This document shows, in pieces, positions 10,061 to 19,418 of a stretch of 63,110 bases of DNA (within the stretch, counting starts at the first letter, position 1; each line of letters opens with the position of its first letter). Where the stretch lies: NCBI GenBank assembly GCA_036844865.1, contig DAIUEZ010000001.1:1-63110 (forward strand), in the 5' to 3' direction. Origin of the DNA: Nitrososphaera sp. Lineage in GTDB: Archaea > Thermoproteota > Nitrososphaeria > Nitrososphaerales > Nitrososphaeraceae. A model generated the notes under the pieces. The model was not told the DNA's origin, ran no database searches, and saw nothing but the letters and a program-made list of their open reading frames with translations. The translations under genes were made by a program, and so were the position numbers.

Positions 10061-10580
10061 CGTTGCTTCAATAGAAACAGAGATCAGAGATTAAAATAGT
10101 CTGTTCCTCAAAACATGAGATGCGAAATATGACAAATGACTTGCTGTCAGCCTTCAATTCATAATTGGGCTAGTTTCTCGACAATTATAATCTAGATTAC
10201 GATAAAGCTGTTTGAGCAAAAGGAAGGAATAGGAAGGACATTTGTTACTCTCCCTAGTGATAGACTCATCATCTATTCTTGTGGTATATACTACATTTTT
10301 GGCAATAGAGGCTCCTCCTATGCGCGTTAGTAGGCAGTATAATTTGGCTAGATAGCGTTTAAGGCGCTATATAATATGGGTGGTACAAAGCATTCGTGAT
10401 AGCAGTAGTAGTGTGGATATCTGCCACGGTTAAGGTTCTTGTTGTCAACAGTTCCTTGACCTATGTAATTGCCTTAGCGAAGAATTACTAAAAAATGTAT
10501 TTGGGAAACTATAACATATGTGCGACTGAGCAATTAAACGTAAGGCTCAAAAGGTAATTGAAGGAAAAATACAGCTAGTA

Positions 10581-10733
10581 ATGTTTGGAAAGGCAAAGTG
10601 CAGGCTTTGTGGCGACGAGGTCCGACTTGCATTGAAGCATTTGAGGGACAAGCATGCGGAGATCTATCGTAAAGAACTGGCAAACAAGACAAAAATGTCA
10701 AGCGTTATGAAAAAGTACTTTGCTGACTACTGA
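10581..10733 (+). CDS. 50-aa C2H2-type zinc-finger microprotein
   Basis: Hand translation MFGKAKCRLCGDEVRLALKHLRDKHAEIYRKELANKTKMSSVMKKYFADY with C-x2-C-x9-H-x4-H. Below the ORF-track cutoff. Confidence 0.8.
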   Translation: MFGKAKCRLCGDEVRLALKHLRDKHAEIYRKELANKTKMSSVMKKYFADY

Positions 10734-10875
10734 AGCCTTGGAAGATTCAGAAAAGGGTAAAGCATATAAGAGAAACATCCGGCAAATTATACGTCCTTGT
10801 AAGCCTAAAAACTTTGAATGTTATAGTGATTAAAACGGTATGTATATAATGCATTATTACAAAAATTACATGTAA

Positions 10876-12687
10876 TTGGGCAATTCTGAAGCAGAAAGTA
10901 CTCATCGGGTTGCGGTACTTGACGATGAGTTATGCCAGCCAAAAAAATGTGGCTTGGAATGCATTGTCTACTGTCCAGTAAACAAGACTGGTGGAGAGTG
11001 TATTATCCAGCGCCCTGGTGACGGCAAAGCTGTAATAGCCGAGGATCTGTGCACCGGATGTGGTATTTGTATCAGGAAGTGTCCTTTTGACGCCATAGTA
11101 ATTGTCAACCTTGCAAAAGAGCTCTCTGAAGACAAGATCCATCAGTATGGCATTAATTCATTTAGATTTTATCGTCTGCCAACTCCCAAGAAAGGTGCAG
11201 TTGTTGGCTTGGTTGGAAGAAATGGCATGGGCAAGTCTACAATTGTCAACATTTTGTCGGGAAATATGAAGCCCAATCTTGGGAAGTATGATCAAGAAAT
11301 TTCGTGGGATGAGATTCTGAAATATTATCAAGGCACTGAAATGAAGTCCCACTTTGAAAAAATAGCAAATGGTAAGATGCGCGCTTCGATCAAACCACAG
11401 CTTGTATACCTCATACCAAAGGCATTCAAAGGGACACCAAAGGAACTGTTGAAGAGATATGACGAGCGCAAAATGACTGACAAGCTAATACCACAACTTG
11501 GCCTGCAACACATTTTAGATCGCGACATTGCACAGCTGAGCGGTGGCGAGCTTCAAAGACTTGCAGTGGCTATAGCTGCTGCAAAGGATGCTGAATATTA
11601 TTTCTTTGACGAGCCATCCTCGTACAACGATGTCTACCAACGGCTTGCAGTTGCCAAAGTAATAAGAGAACTGGCAGAGGAGGGAAAGAACGTGATGGTT
11701 GTAGAGCACGATATGACGCTTCTTGATTACCTGTCAGACTATGTCCATATTATTTACGGCGAGCCTGGAGCATATGGTATCGTTTCTGGTATGCAAAGTA
11801 CAAAAGTCGGCATCAACAACTTCCTTGAAGGCTTTTTGCCTAATGAAAATGTGCGCTTCCGCGAAAAAGCATTCAGATTTGACATTACTTCTTCAAACGA
11901 AGACATCCTTCTAGATATTTCTGTTGCCAGCTATGGTAACTTGACCAAATCATTTCCATCATTTAAACTCAATGTGGCAGCTGGTGCCATGAGAAAGGGT
12001 GAAATAATCGGAATCATTGGTGCCAATGCGCTTGGCAAGACTACTTTTATGCGTATGCTGGCAGGCGTAGAAAAGCCTGATTCGGGCAAGATAGATGTAG
12101 GTGCCACGATATCCTACAAGCCGCAGTACCTAAATCAAGAGTATGATGGTGACGTACGGTCTCTGATGTATATGGCACATCTGAACCCAATTGAAGGATC
12201 ATCTGTAGAACAGCAGATCATTATTCCAATGGGTGTAAACAAACTCTATGAAAAGAATGTCAAGAATCTGAGCGGTGGCGAGCTTCAGAAGGTCGCAGTA
12301 GTAGCATCTCTCTTGCGCCAAGCAGATATTTACGCGCTAGATGAGCCGTCTGCATTTCTTGATGCAGAAGACAGGATAGCAGTAGCTAAGTTCCTCCAAC
12401 GCTTTGTAAGGGCTCAGGGTAAGTCAGCAATTATTATTGACCATGATATACAGCTGATTGATCTGGTGGCCGATAGTTTAGTAATATTTGAAGGGCAGCC
12501 CGGCCTTGAAGGCTCTGCCACTACACCAATTAAAAAAGAGGAAGGTATGAACCGCTTTCTCAAAGCACTTTCAATTACATATAGGCGTGACGAAACAACG
12601 GGCAGGCCGCGTGTCAACAAAGAGGGCAGCAGGCTCGACCGCGAACAGAAGGAATCCGGCAACTATTACTATTTGAAGATTCAGTAA
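10876..12687 (+). CDS. rli: ABCE1/RLI ribosome-recycling ATPase
   Basis: N-terminal Fe-S domain (CQPKKC...CTGCGICIRKCP) and two ABC cassettes with LSGGELQ. Confidence 0.97.
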   Translation: MGNSEAESTHRVAVLDDELCQPKKCGLECIVYCPVNKTGGECIIQRPGDGKAVIAEDLCTGCGICIRKCPFDAIVIVNLAKELSEDKIHQYGINSFRFYRLPTPKKGAVVGLVGRNGMGKSTIVNILSGNMKPNLGKYDQEISWDEILKYYQGTEMKSHFEKIANGKMRASIKPQLVYLIPKAFKGTPKELLKRYDERKMTDKLIPQLGLQHILDRDIAQLSGGELQRLAVAIAAAKDAEYYFFDEPSSYNDVYQRLAVAKVIRELAEEGKNVMVVEHDMTLLDYLSDYVHIIYGEPGAYGIVSGMQSTKVGINNFLEGFLPNENVRFREKAFRFDITSSNEDILLDISVASYGNLTKSFPSFKLNVAAGAMRKGEIIGIIGANALGKTTFMRMLAGVEKPDSGKIDVGATISYKPQYLNQEYDGDVRSLMYMAHLNPIEGSSVEQQIIIPMGVNKLYEKNVKNLSGGELQKVAVVASLLRQADIYALDEPSAFLDAEDRIAVAKFLQRFVRAQGKSAIIIDHDIQLIDLVADSLVIFEGQPGLEGSATTPIKKEEGMNRFLKALSITYRRDETTGRPRVNKEGSRLDREQKESGNYYYLKIQ

Positions 12688-13560
12688 ATGCCACACATGC
12701 TGAAGAGCGTGCTATCAAATATTCTGTCGCCTAGCGAAGTTTCGCATGTATATTCGGCGTTTGACCAGATAGGTGATATCGTAATCATCAAGATACCTGA
12801 CAGCCTGTTATCAAAAAAGAAGCTTATAGCTGAGATAATCCTTGCTCATGTTAAAACCGCCAAGGTGGTTTTTGCTCAGGTCTCGCCAGTGAAAGGCGAT
12901 TATCGCGTCCGCAACCTGGAGTTTGTTGCAGGCGAGAACAGAACAACCACTGAGTACAAGGAGCATGGCTGTAGATTTAGAGTAGATGTCGCCAAAACAT
13001 ATTTTTCACCTCGGCTCTCAACTGAGAGGCTCAGGATCGCAAATATGGTAGGCGAAGATGAAACCATAGTCAATATGTTCGCAGGAGTAGGCACATATTC
13101 AATTCTGATGGCAAGAATGAACAAGACATGTAAGGTATATAGCATCGATTCTAATGCTGTTGCTGCAGAATTGTGCGAAGCAAATGCTAAGTTGAACAAA
13201 GTACAGGACAGGGTTATTTCAATTCATGGCGATGCTAGTAAGGTAATCAAAGATGAACTTGCAGGTCAGGCCAACAGAGTGCTTATGCCTCTTCCTGAGA
13301 GAGCTAAAGAGTTTGTTGATTCTGCAGTGCTTGCACTCAAGAAAAAAGGTATTGTGCATTATTTTGTTCACATCAGGGCCGATAACAAAAAGAGAAGCCA
13401 GGAGCTGGGATTACAGGATGCGCATAACGCTTTTGTAAAATATAACCATATTGTGCAGCAGGTTAGAGCGGTAAGGGGAATAGGCCCACGGATATACCAG
13501 ATAGTGGCTGATGTTTCAGTGAAAACTAGCCCGGCTTTTCCCCTTCACTTGGCGCAGTAA
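12688..13560 (+). CDS. Trm5/Taw2 (Met-10+) family SAM-dependent tRNA-modifying enzyme
   Basis: FDQIGDI, YFSPRLSTER, NMFAGVG and LMPLP motifs. Confidence 0.88.
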   Translation: MPHMLKSVLSNILSPSEVSHVYSAFDQIGDIVIIKIPDSLLSKKKLIAEIILAHVKTAKVVFAQVSPVKGDYRVRNLEFVAGENRTTTEYKEHGCRFRVDVAKTYFSPRLSTERLRIANMVGEDETIVNMFAGVGTYSILMARMNKTCKVYSIDSNAVAAELCEANAKLNKVQDRVISIHGDASKVIKDELAGQANRVLMPLPERAKEFVDSAVLALKKKGIVHYFVHIRADNKKRSQELGLQDAHNAFVKYNHIVQQVRAVRGIGPRIYQIVADVSVKTSPAFPLHLAQ

Positions 13561-13747
13561 GCATAGTATATCCTATCCACCCAAGCACCGCCAGAAGGAT
13601 TGTTACTGCAGCTAATGCGGTAAACTGTAGTATCAACATACTCCATTCTGTTCCTAGTAGAAAATATGCGTAAGCGATAAGCACTGCAATAGATGCAAAA
13701 AGAAGGACAGCACCAGTTCCTTTGCTTCCCTTCCTTTTAACATTCAT
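13526..13747 (-). CDS. Small membrane protein with two TM helices
   Basis: Two hydrophobic segments and a WIGYTM tail. Confidence 0.75.
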   Translation of the reverse strand: MNVKRKGSKGTGAVLLFASIAVLIAYAYFLLGTEWSMLILQFTALAAVTILLAVLGWIGYTMLTAPSEGEKPG

Positions 13748-13782
13748 AGCGGAGAGGCATTTGCAGCATCTTAATAATCTTT

Positions 13783-14280
13783 TTAGCTTAGCTCTAGCGC
13801 CATAAGGTAGGCATCCTCGCCGTCCCTATAATAAGATCGCAACCTAGATTTTATCTCAAAACGCAATTTCTGATACATCTTGATTGCGCTTGTATTGCTG
13901 ACTCTTACCTCTAGGTATATCTCGTCAGCTTTTCTATGCATTACGCCGTTAATTCCTTCAACCATCAGTGCCGTGCCAATGCTCTTGCCTCTATGCTCTT
14001 CTAACACCGCAACAGAAACAACGTGACCCTTCTTAACAAAGCCTAGTTTTCTAAAATTTGAAAACCCAAACTCGATCTTGCACATGATGTAGCCGACTAT
14101 TTTGTTGTTCAGCTCTGCAAGGATGAATGCCTCTGGAAGCTCTCGTAGAATAGATTCAAAAAAGTAGTCTGAGTAGTGCTCTGGAAGAGCGGTCATGTTA
14201 ATATCTATTACTGCTTGGAGATCGCTTGCTTCGCAGCGGCGTATAACATAGTCGCCTACTTTTCGCAGAGCTGTTTGCAA
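13783..14280 (-). CDS. ard1: N-terminal acetyltransferase (Ard1/RimI family)
   Basis: LPEHY, GHVVSVAV, RGKSIG, YLEVRVSN and YYRDGEDAY motifs. Confidence 0.93.
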   Translation of the reverse strand: MQTALRKVGDYVIRRCEASDLQAVIDINMTALPEHYSDYFFESILRELPEAFILAELNNKIVGYIMCKIEFGFSNFRKLGFVKKGHVVSVAVLEEHRGKSIGTALMVEGINGVMHRKADEIYLEVRVSNTSAIKMYQKLRFEIKSRLRSYYRDGEDAYLMALELS

Positions 14281-14377
14281 AGTAACAACTACAACAACAA
14301 AAACACACTATTTAACCTTACATGTCCTATGAAAGATAATAATATTTTAATTGGATTAAACCCAAAAGAAATCTTCA

Positions 14378-15538
14378 ATGACTACTACTTTCCTAAACAG
14401 CGATTATTCTCGTGTAATTCCAATAGTTTCATCGTTCTTTACGTTAAAAGATACACAGGCGAATATCAGGGAAGACTACATTGAATTTTTGGTAGCCGAT
14501 ACTGATATCAGAGATAAGTTTCCGATCTTGCTCAAAGAATTAAGCAAGATTGGCATGGCCGCTAGTGCCAGAAAGCAGAAATATTTTTCAAGACTAATGC
14601 CTGCCTTGTCGTCTGCAATAAGGCTTCAGATAGCGGATGGCATAGTTATCGCGGTATTTAGGATTCAAAAACAAAAGATTAGAGTCAAAAGAAAACTGCC
14701 TTTGCATCTCATATTCTTTGCAATTGCCGTCACCTTTGTATTCTATGATGGCTTCATGCGCTCAAACACTATATTCGCAAAGACCTATGTGAGCGATCCT
14801 GTCCTGCTTGCAGGAGCTTACACTATGTCGCTCATGGGTATACTGGGTATACATGAGCTTGGGCATATGATAGTTCTCAAGCATTATAATATTAAGGCAT
14901 CATGGCCATATTTTATACCCGGCGTTCCCGGCTTTATACCTACATTTGGTGCATTGATAACTCAACAGAGTAATATGCCCAACAGAAATGTCATGTTTGA
15001 TGTAGGCATTGCTGGACCGGTTGCAGGGTTAATAATAACGATAATTGTATCGATCTATGGCTCTTCTATATCTACCCTGATACCTCTAGACGAGTATCAG
15101 ACGTTATCTGCAGAAAACCGGCTATTTTCATTCGATACTGGCCTGCTCATGATTGCTACCCTCCATATGACCGACAAGGTCGTAGAAAATATGGTTTTAG
15201 TAATGTCGCCTCTCCTTTTTGCTGCCTGGATAGGATTTGCACTTACCTCCATTAACCTCGTCCCTGCTTGGCAGCTTGATGGTGGGCACCTTGCTCGAGC
15301 TATGTTTGGAGAGCGGTGGCACAGAATTATCACCTATGCGGGCATAGGAACACTCTTCCTGATGGGATTTTGGCCTATGGCAATACTAGTCCTGATACTT
15401 AGTCGGAGGATACCTAGTAATACTCCCCTAGATGATGTCACACCCCTCTCTCAAAGGCGCAAGATACTCTTTTTCATAACCCTTGGCATTGCCATAGTGA
15501 CTGCGCCCATCCCAAACTCTATCTTTCCTTGGACTTGA
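14378..15538 (+). CDS. Site-2 protease (M50)
   Basis: HELGH, AGPVAG and NLVPAWQLDGG motifs with TM helices. Confidence 0.93.
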   Translation: MTTTFLNSDYSRVIPIVSSFFTLKDTQANIREDYIEFLVADTDIRDKFPILLKELSKIGMAASARKQKYFSRLMPALSSAIRLQIADGIVIAVFRIQKQKIRVKRKLPLHLIFFAIAVTFVFYDGFMRSNTIFAKTYVSDPVLLAGAYTMSLMGILGIHELGHMIVLKHYNIKASWPYFIPGVPGFIPTFGALITQQSNMPNRNVMFDVGIAGPVAGLIITIIVSIYGSSISTLIPLDEYQTLSAENRLFSFDTGLLMIATLHMTDKVVENMVLVMSPLLFAAWIGFALTSINLVPAWQLDGGHLARAMFGERWHRIITYAGIGTLFLMGFWPMAILVLILSRRIPSNTPLDDVTPLSQRRKILFFITLGIAIVTAPIPNSIFPWT

Positions 15539-16640
15539 GCAAGGTTATGTCTGCATTTGATAAGATGAGTGTTCTGAAGTTCTTACCATATTTTTCTTGC
15601 AACTTTTGTAAGATGTCTTTTGTGCCAGAGTAAGTGGTAAAACCAAGTTTCGTCTTGGCGTAATAATGAGGAAGAGTAGAGGCAAGTCCGATCTCATAAT
15701 TCAGCCGCAGCTGTTCCATGAATAGCAAATGTTCAAGACCATCAATGTAGGGGCTTAGATGCAGCTGCTCTGGCTTGAGCCGGCCCTCTATGAACATTTG
15801 AAGCGCTCCACCCCCAACTCCTTGGCGGGTTTCTGCAAGAAGTATTGCCGTACCCCCCTCCTTGACGATATGGATAGAGTTCCAAAGTGAGTTTAGCGCG
15901 CTGGCAAGCGTCGAATGTGTGCTGGCTTCATCGCTTGCACTTATTATGGCACATTTGACCGGCTCAGCCTCAACGGTCGAGATTGACTGAAGCTGTGCAA
16001 TCGCCTTATCAAAGGCTTCTTTGATGCTTCCGATATGGATTCCCATCACATTGTCAGTGTTAGCCACCAGTTCAATAGATGTCGCTGGCGTGCTTTCAAT
16101 TGCAGAAGTGGCGATCTTGAGGGGATCTCCTTCAACCCCTGGTGCCGGCCTGTTGTCCTTTCTTGCCTTGAACGCCTCTGCCATATAGTCCGCAAGTAAG
16201 TTACGCACTAAAGTAGTCGGCGCACCTGCGAATCCAAACAGCGGATCGTATGCAACACTTGAAAAAATGATGGTGCTGTGAAACTTGGCCATTCGCTCCT
16301 TCAGTGACTGGTAGTTGATGCGATTGATTGAAATCGTTTCGATCTCCGTCAAGTTGTGGCGCAGGGTGCTTTCGATGTTGTGCGGAACATCGATTGTAAA
16401 TGTGAACCCCTTTGTATGGGCTTCTTCTGCAAGCATCATCATAATCTTGGCTGCAGCCTTTGAGCCAGACAGTCCTAGAAAGAGCATTTTATCGGTTAGG
16501 GGCACATCAGATGTTACTGCTGTCTTTAGTTCTTGTTCCTGTAGCGCCTGAAATGTCGAAGAGATCTGGTTTGCCAAGTTTTCAAACTTGATCTCAAGCA
16601 CCACATCAGTAGTTCCGTATCTTAGCCAAATCTCCGGCAT
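15519..16640 (-). CDS. LarA/DUF2088-fold protein, apparently catalytically degenerate
   Basis: N-terminal I.LRYG, YDPLFGFAGAPT (compare LarA PHFFAGFSGGRK) and VKEGGTAILLAE...GVG. Confidence 0.7.
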   Translation of the reverse strand: MPEIWLRYGTTDVVLEIKFENLANQISSTFQALQEQELKTAVTSDVPLTDKMLFLGLSGSKAAAKIMMMLAEEAHTKGFTFTIDVPHNIESTLRHNLTEIETISINRINYQSLKERMAKFHSTIIFSSVAYDPLFGFAGAPTTLVRNLLADYMAEAFKARKDNRPAPGVEGDPLKIATSAIESTPATSIELVANTDNVMGIHIGSIKEAFDKAIAQLQSISTVEAEPVKCAIISASDEASTHSTLASALNSLWNSIHIVKEGGTAILLAETRQGVGGGALQMFIEGRLKPEQLHLSPYIDGLEHLLFMEQLRLNYEIGLASTLPHYYAKTKLGFTTYSGTKDILQKLQEKYGKNFRTLILSNADITLLKSKER

Positions 16641-16694
16641 GGAGTCTCTGTAAGTTATGAAGGGTTAAAATAAATCCTTTTTTACATGTAGAAT

Positions 16695-17330
16695 GTGCCA
16701 ATACCACCTAAGGACTTTGTGTTTAAGTTTGCATCCTTTCTACTCAAGAGCAACTCTCTGAGGTTTGGAGTGTTCACTCTTGCAAGCGGCAAGCAGAGCG
16801 CCTATTACATAGACCTGCGGGTGTTGCCTAGCTTCCCGGGGTATTTTCGGCTGGGGATAGGTGCGTTGAAAGACCTAGTGGTGGAAAAGCTAGGCCAGTT
16901 TGATGCCTTTGCCTCAGTGCCCACCTCTGGGCTTATGTTTGGCTCTGTCCTAGCGTATGAAATGAACAAACCCTTCATTTATGTCAGAAAGGAGCCTAAA
17001 GATTATGGCACCAACAAAATGATTGAAGGCTTCTTAGAGCCGGGTTCAAAAGTTATCATTGTAGACGATGTTGCAACGACTGGTAGTTCTCTTAGCAGCG
17101 CTGTCAAAATAATACGGGCTAACGGCGGTATTGTAGAAGACGCAGTAGCGCTCGTAGACCGATACGAGGGTGCGGAAGATAGATTAAAAAAGATAGGAGT
17201 AAAACTGAGCTCAGTGACAACCATCAACGACATTGTAAACGCTCTGTATAAAGCCAGCTTAATAGATGGAAATGCGCTCGAATCAGTACTGAAGCAAATG
17301 GTTACCCAGGGAGAGTATGAAATAGAGTAA
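16695..17330 (+). CDS. pyrE: Orotate phosphoribosyltransferase
   Basis: FTLASGKQSAYYIDLR, YVRKEPKDYG and IVDDVATTG motifs. Confidence 0.96.
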   Translation: MPIPPKDFVFKFASFLLKSNSLRFGVFTLASGKQSAYYIDLRVLPSFPGYFRLGIGALKDLVVEKLGQFDAFASVPTSGLMFGSVLAYEMNKPFIYVRKEPKDYGTNKMIEGFLEPGSKVIIVDDVATTGSSLSSAVKIIRANGGIVEDAVALVDRYEGAEDRLKKIGVKLSSVTTINDIVNALYKASLIDGNALESVLKQMVTQGEYEIE

Positions 17331-17894
17331 CTACCCCTCATAGATCATTAAGTTCTTCTCTTCTAGTAGTGTGTGTAGGTTGTGCACGGCTCGGTATACT
17401 TCACTTTCTTTCTTGGCACCAGTACACACCAGCTTGCCGGATGCGAACAACAGTATGACAGTCTTGGGATCCAACATTCTGTGAATAAGACCTGGGAACT
17501 GCTCGGGCTCATACATACTCCTCGGCAGCACTCTTGCAGCAAGTTCTAAGTGGATCTTACCTCCAAGGCTTGCTGACGCCACTATATTTTGGATCTCAAT
17601 TTGAGGCTCGTGCTCAAGTGGTATTCCTCCTTTTTTAAGCTTTAAAACAACACTCTTGACAGCCTGAATTGCCATCTTTTCAGACTTGGCGCCTGTACAC
17701 ACCATCTTGCCAGAGCTAAATATCAAAGTCGCAGTCTTAGGTGATCTGAGCCTAAAAACCAAGCCGGGGAACTGATCAGGATGATACTCCACATCTGGAA
17801 ATATCTGAGTAATGAGGTTGAGATTGACAGTTTGATTCACTGTAGCAGAAGCTACCACGTTCTCGATGCTTACAATTGGCTTGGTCTGCGGCAT
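17331..17894 (-). CDS. tbp: TATA-binding protein
   Basis: Two repeats NVVAS...PDQFPGL / NIVAS...PEQFPGL. Likely start ATG 17894 (MPQTKP). Confidence 0.98.
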   Translation of the reverse strand: MPQTKPIVSIENVVASATVNQTVNLNLITQIFPDVEYHPDQFPGLVFRLRSPKTATLIFSSGKMVCTGAKSEKMAIQAVKSVVLKLKKGGIPLEHEPQIEIQNIVASASLGGKIHLELAARVLPRSMYEPEQFPGLIHRMLDPKTVILLFASGKLVCTGAKKESEVYRAVHNLHTLLEEKNLMIYEG

Positions 17895-17896
17895 AT

Positions 17897-17924
17897 GCGC
17901 CTTTATAAAGGCGCTATATATATA
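17897..17924 (-). promoter_or_regulatory. tbp promoter: TATA box plus an 18-bp perfect palindrome
   Basis: TATATATATA at 17915-17924; GCGCCTTTATAAAGGCGC at 17897-17914 is its own reverse complement. Confidence 0.65.
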
Positions 17925-18027
17925 CCTGCTTGCTACAATTTTCAAGTAAAAATTGACACATCATGTATATCAATTAAGTCTAGATCTTATCTTCTTTAAA
18001 GACGTGAGAGTTTCTGTCTGCTAGCGA

Positions 18028-18444
18028 TTATTCTCCGATTACCTTTACTAGCACCCGTTTTTGTCGCCGGCCGTCAAACTCCCCATAGAATATTTGTTCC
18101 CACGGTCCAAAATCAAGCTTGCCTTTTGTTATCGCTACTACCACCTCGCGTCCCATTATCTGTCGCTTCAAATGAGCATCAGCGTTATCCTCACCTGTAC
18201 GATTGTGCATGTAGTTTTCCGGAGAATAGGGCACAAGCTTCTCAAGCCATCTATCAAAATCCTGATGCAATCCGTTTTCATCATCATTGATAAAGACACT
18301 AGCAGAGATGTGCATTGCGTTGACAAGACATATGCCATCTTTGATGCCACTTTCTGTCACTATGTTTTCAACCTGTTGTGTAATGTTAATAAATGCACGC
18401 CTAGTTGACGTGTTAAACATAAGGTATTCAGTCTTAGACTTCAT
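18028..18444 (-). CDS. yjbQ: YjbQ/UPF0047 family protein
   Basis: MHISAS, NADAHLK and [13 protein letters not shown] motifs. Confidence 0.93.
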   Translation of the reverse strand: MKSKTEYLMFNTSTRRAFINITQQVENIVTESGIKDGICLVNAMHISASVFINDDENGLHQDFDRWLEKLVPYSPENYMHNRTGEDNADAHLKRQIMGREVVVAITKGKLDFGPWEQIFYGEFDGRRQKRVLVKVIGE

Positions 18445-19007
18445 ATCGGCGGCTTGCCAGAGCTATCGGCTGCAGCAGATGCCGCATCCTTGTCACCGTT
18501 GTTCTTTTTGCCAAGCCTGTTAAAGAACAAGATTGCAAGGATGATCGCAATTATGATATAGTTGACAGGTGGGCTGATCACTTTTGTTATTATACCGATG
18601 CCGGGTATGACATAAATCACTTTACCAATGTAATCATCCTGCCTAATGGGATAGTCGGTACCCGGTATCGATGCGGGATTGGCATCTCCTCTAGTTCTAA
18701 CCATCCTTTCGCCATCGCCTCCCACATCAATATCAACGATACGGTGGACTATGACTCTGTCACCACCTTCAGGCCTATTGAATACTATGATGTCACCTAT
18801 TTTGAGATCGTCCCACGATCCGCCATCTCTTACAATAAGAACGTCATTGACTTTGAGCACAGGCACCATGCTACCGCTTGAGACAACGTAAAACGGGTTA
18901 GCCCCAAACGCGAACCAAATGCCAAGCCAGACTATAAGAACTCCGATGCCAATGATTATAACATCCTTAATGGCAACGGGCAGCCTAGACTTATCCTTAT
19001 CTAGCAA
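18441..19007 (-). CDS. sec11: Signal peptidase I (Sec11-type)
   Basis: [20 protein letters not shown] and TRGDAN motifs, with flanking TM helices. Confidence 0.93.
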   Translation of the reverse strand: MLDKDKSRLPVAIKDVIIIGIGVLIVWLGIWFAFGANPFYVVSSGSMVPVLKVNDVLIVRDGGSWDDLKIGDIIVFNRPEGGDRVIVHRIVDIDVGGDGERMVRTRGDANPASIPGTDYPIRQDDYIGKVIYVIPGIGIITKVISPPVNYIIIAIILAILFFNRLGKKNNGDKDAASAAADSSGKPPI

Positions 19008-19050
19008 TGGAGAAAGTAATCATGCCACTCGTTAGATAAACTTTTACACT

Positions 19051-19365
19051 CTAACGCATGTCAAACTCTTCCATTATTGACATACGAAGACGTGGCATCT
19101 CAGACATCATTATCGACAAAATATCTATTATCTCATCCTTGTCTGGCTGCCTCCCATTCCTATTCCCAAAATGTGCAATAAAATTGCCCATAACCATGCC
19201 GGAGAGAAGGCCGTATGCAAAATCCTCAATGTTGCCCTGATTTGGCATCATCTTGCGGGCAAGTCCTATTGGCATCTTTGGATCGCGGGTAGCTGCCTTG
19301 ATAAGCGATTCTAGCTCCTTCCTATCGCTGTCTGTCAGGCCCATTACGTAGGTATCACTATGCAT
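19051..19365 (-). CDS. Hypothetical protein
   Basis: Helical ORF of about 100 aa; start may be ATG 19344. Confidence 0.75.
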   Translation of the reverse strand: MHSDTYVMGLTDSDRKELESLIKAATRDPKMPIGLARKMMPNQGNIEDFAYGLLSGMVMGNFIAHFGNRNGRQPDKDEIIDILSIMMSEMPRLRMSIMEEFDMR

Positions 19366-19418
19366 GTCAGTTTAATAATGCTAACATTTTTTATTAGCTA
19401 ATTGTTGTAGGTTCTCAA

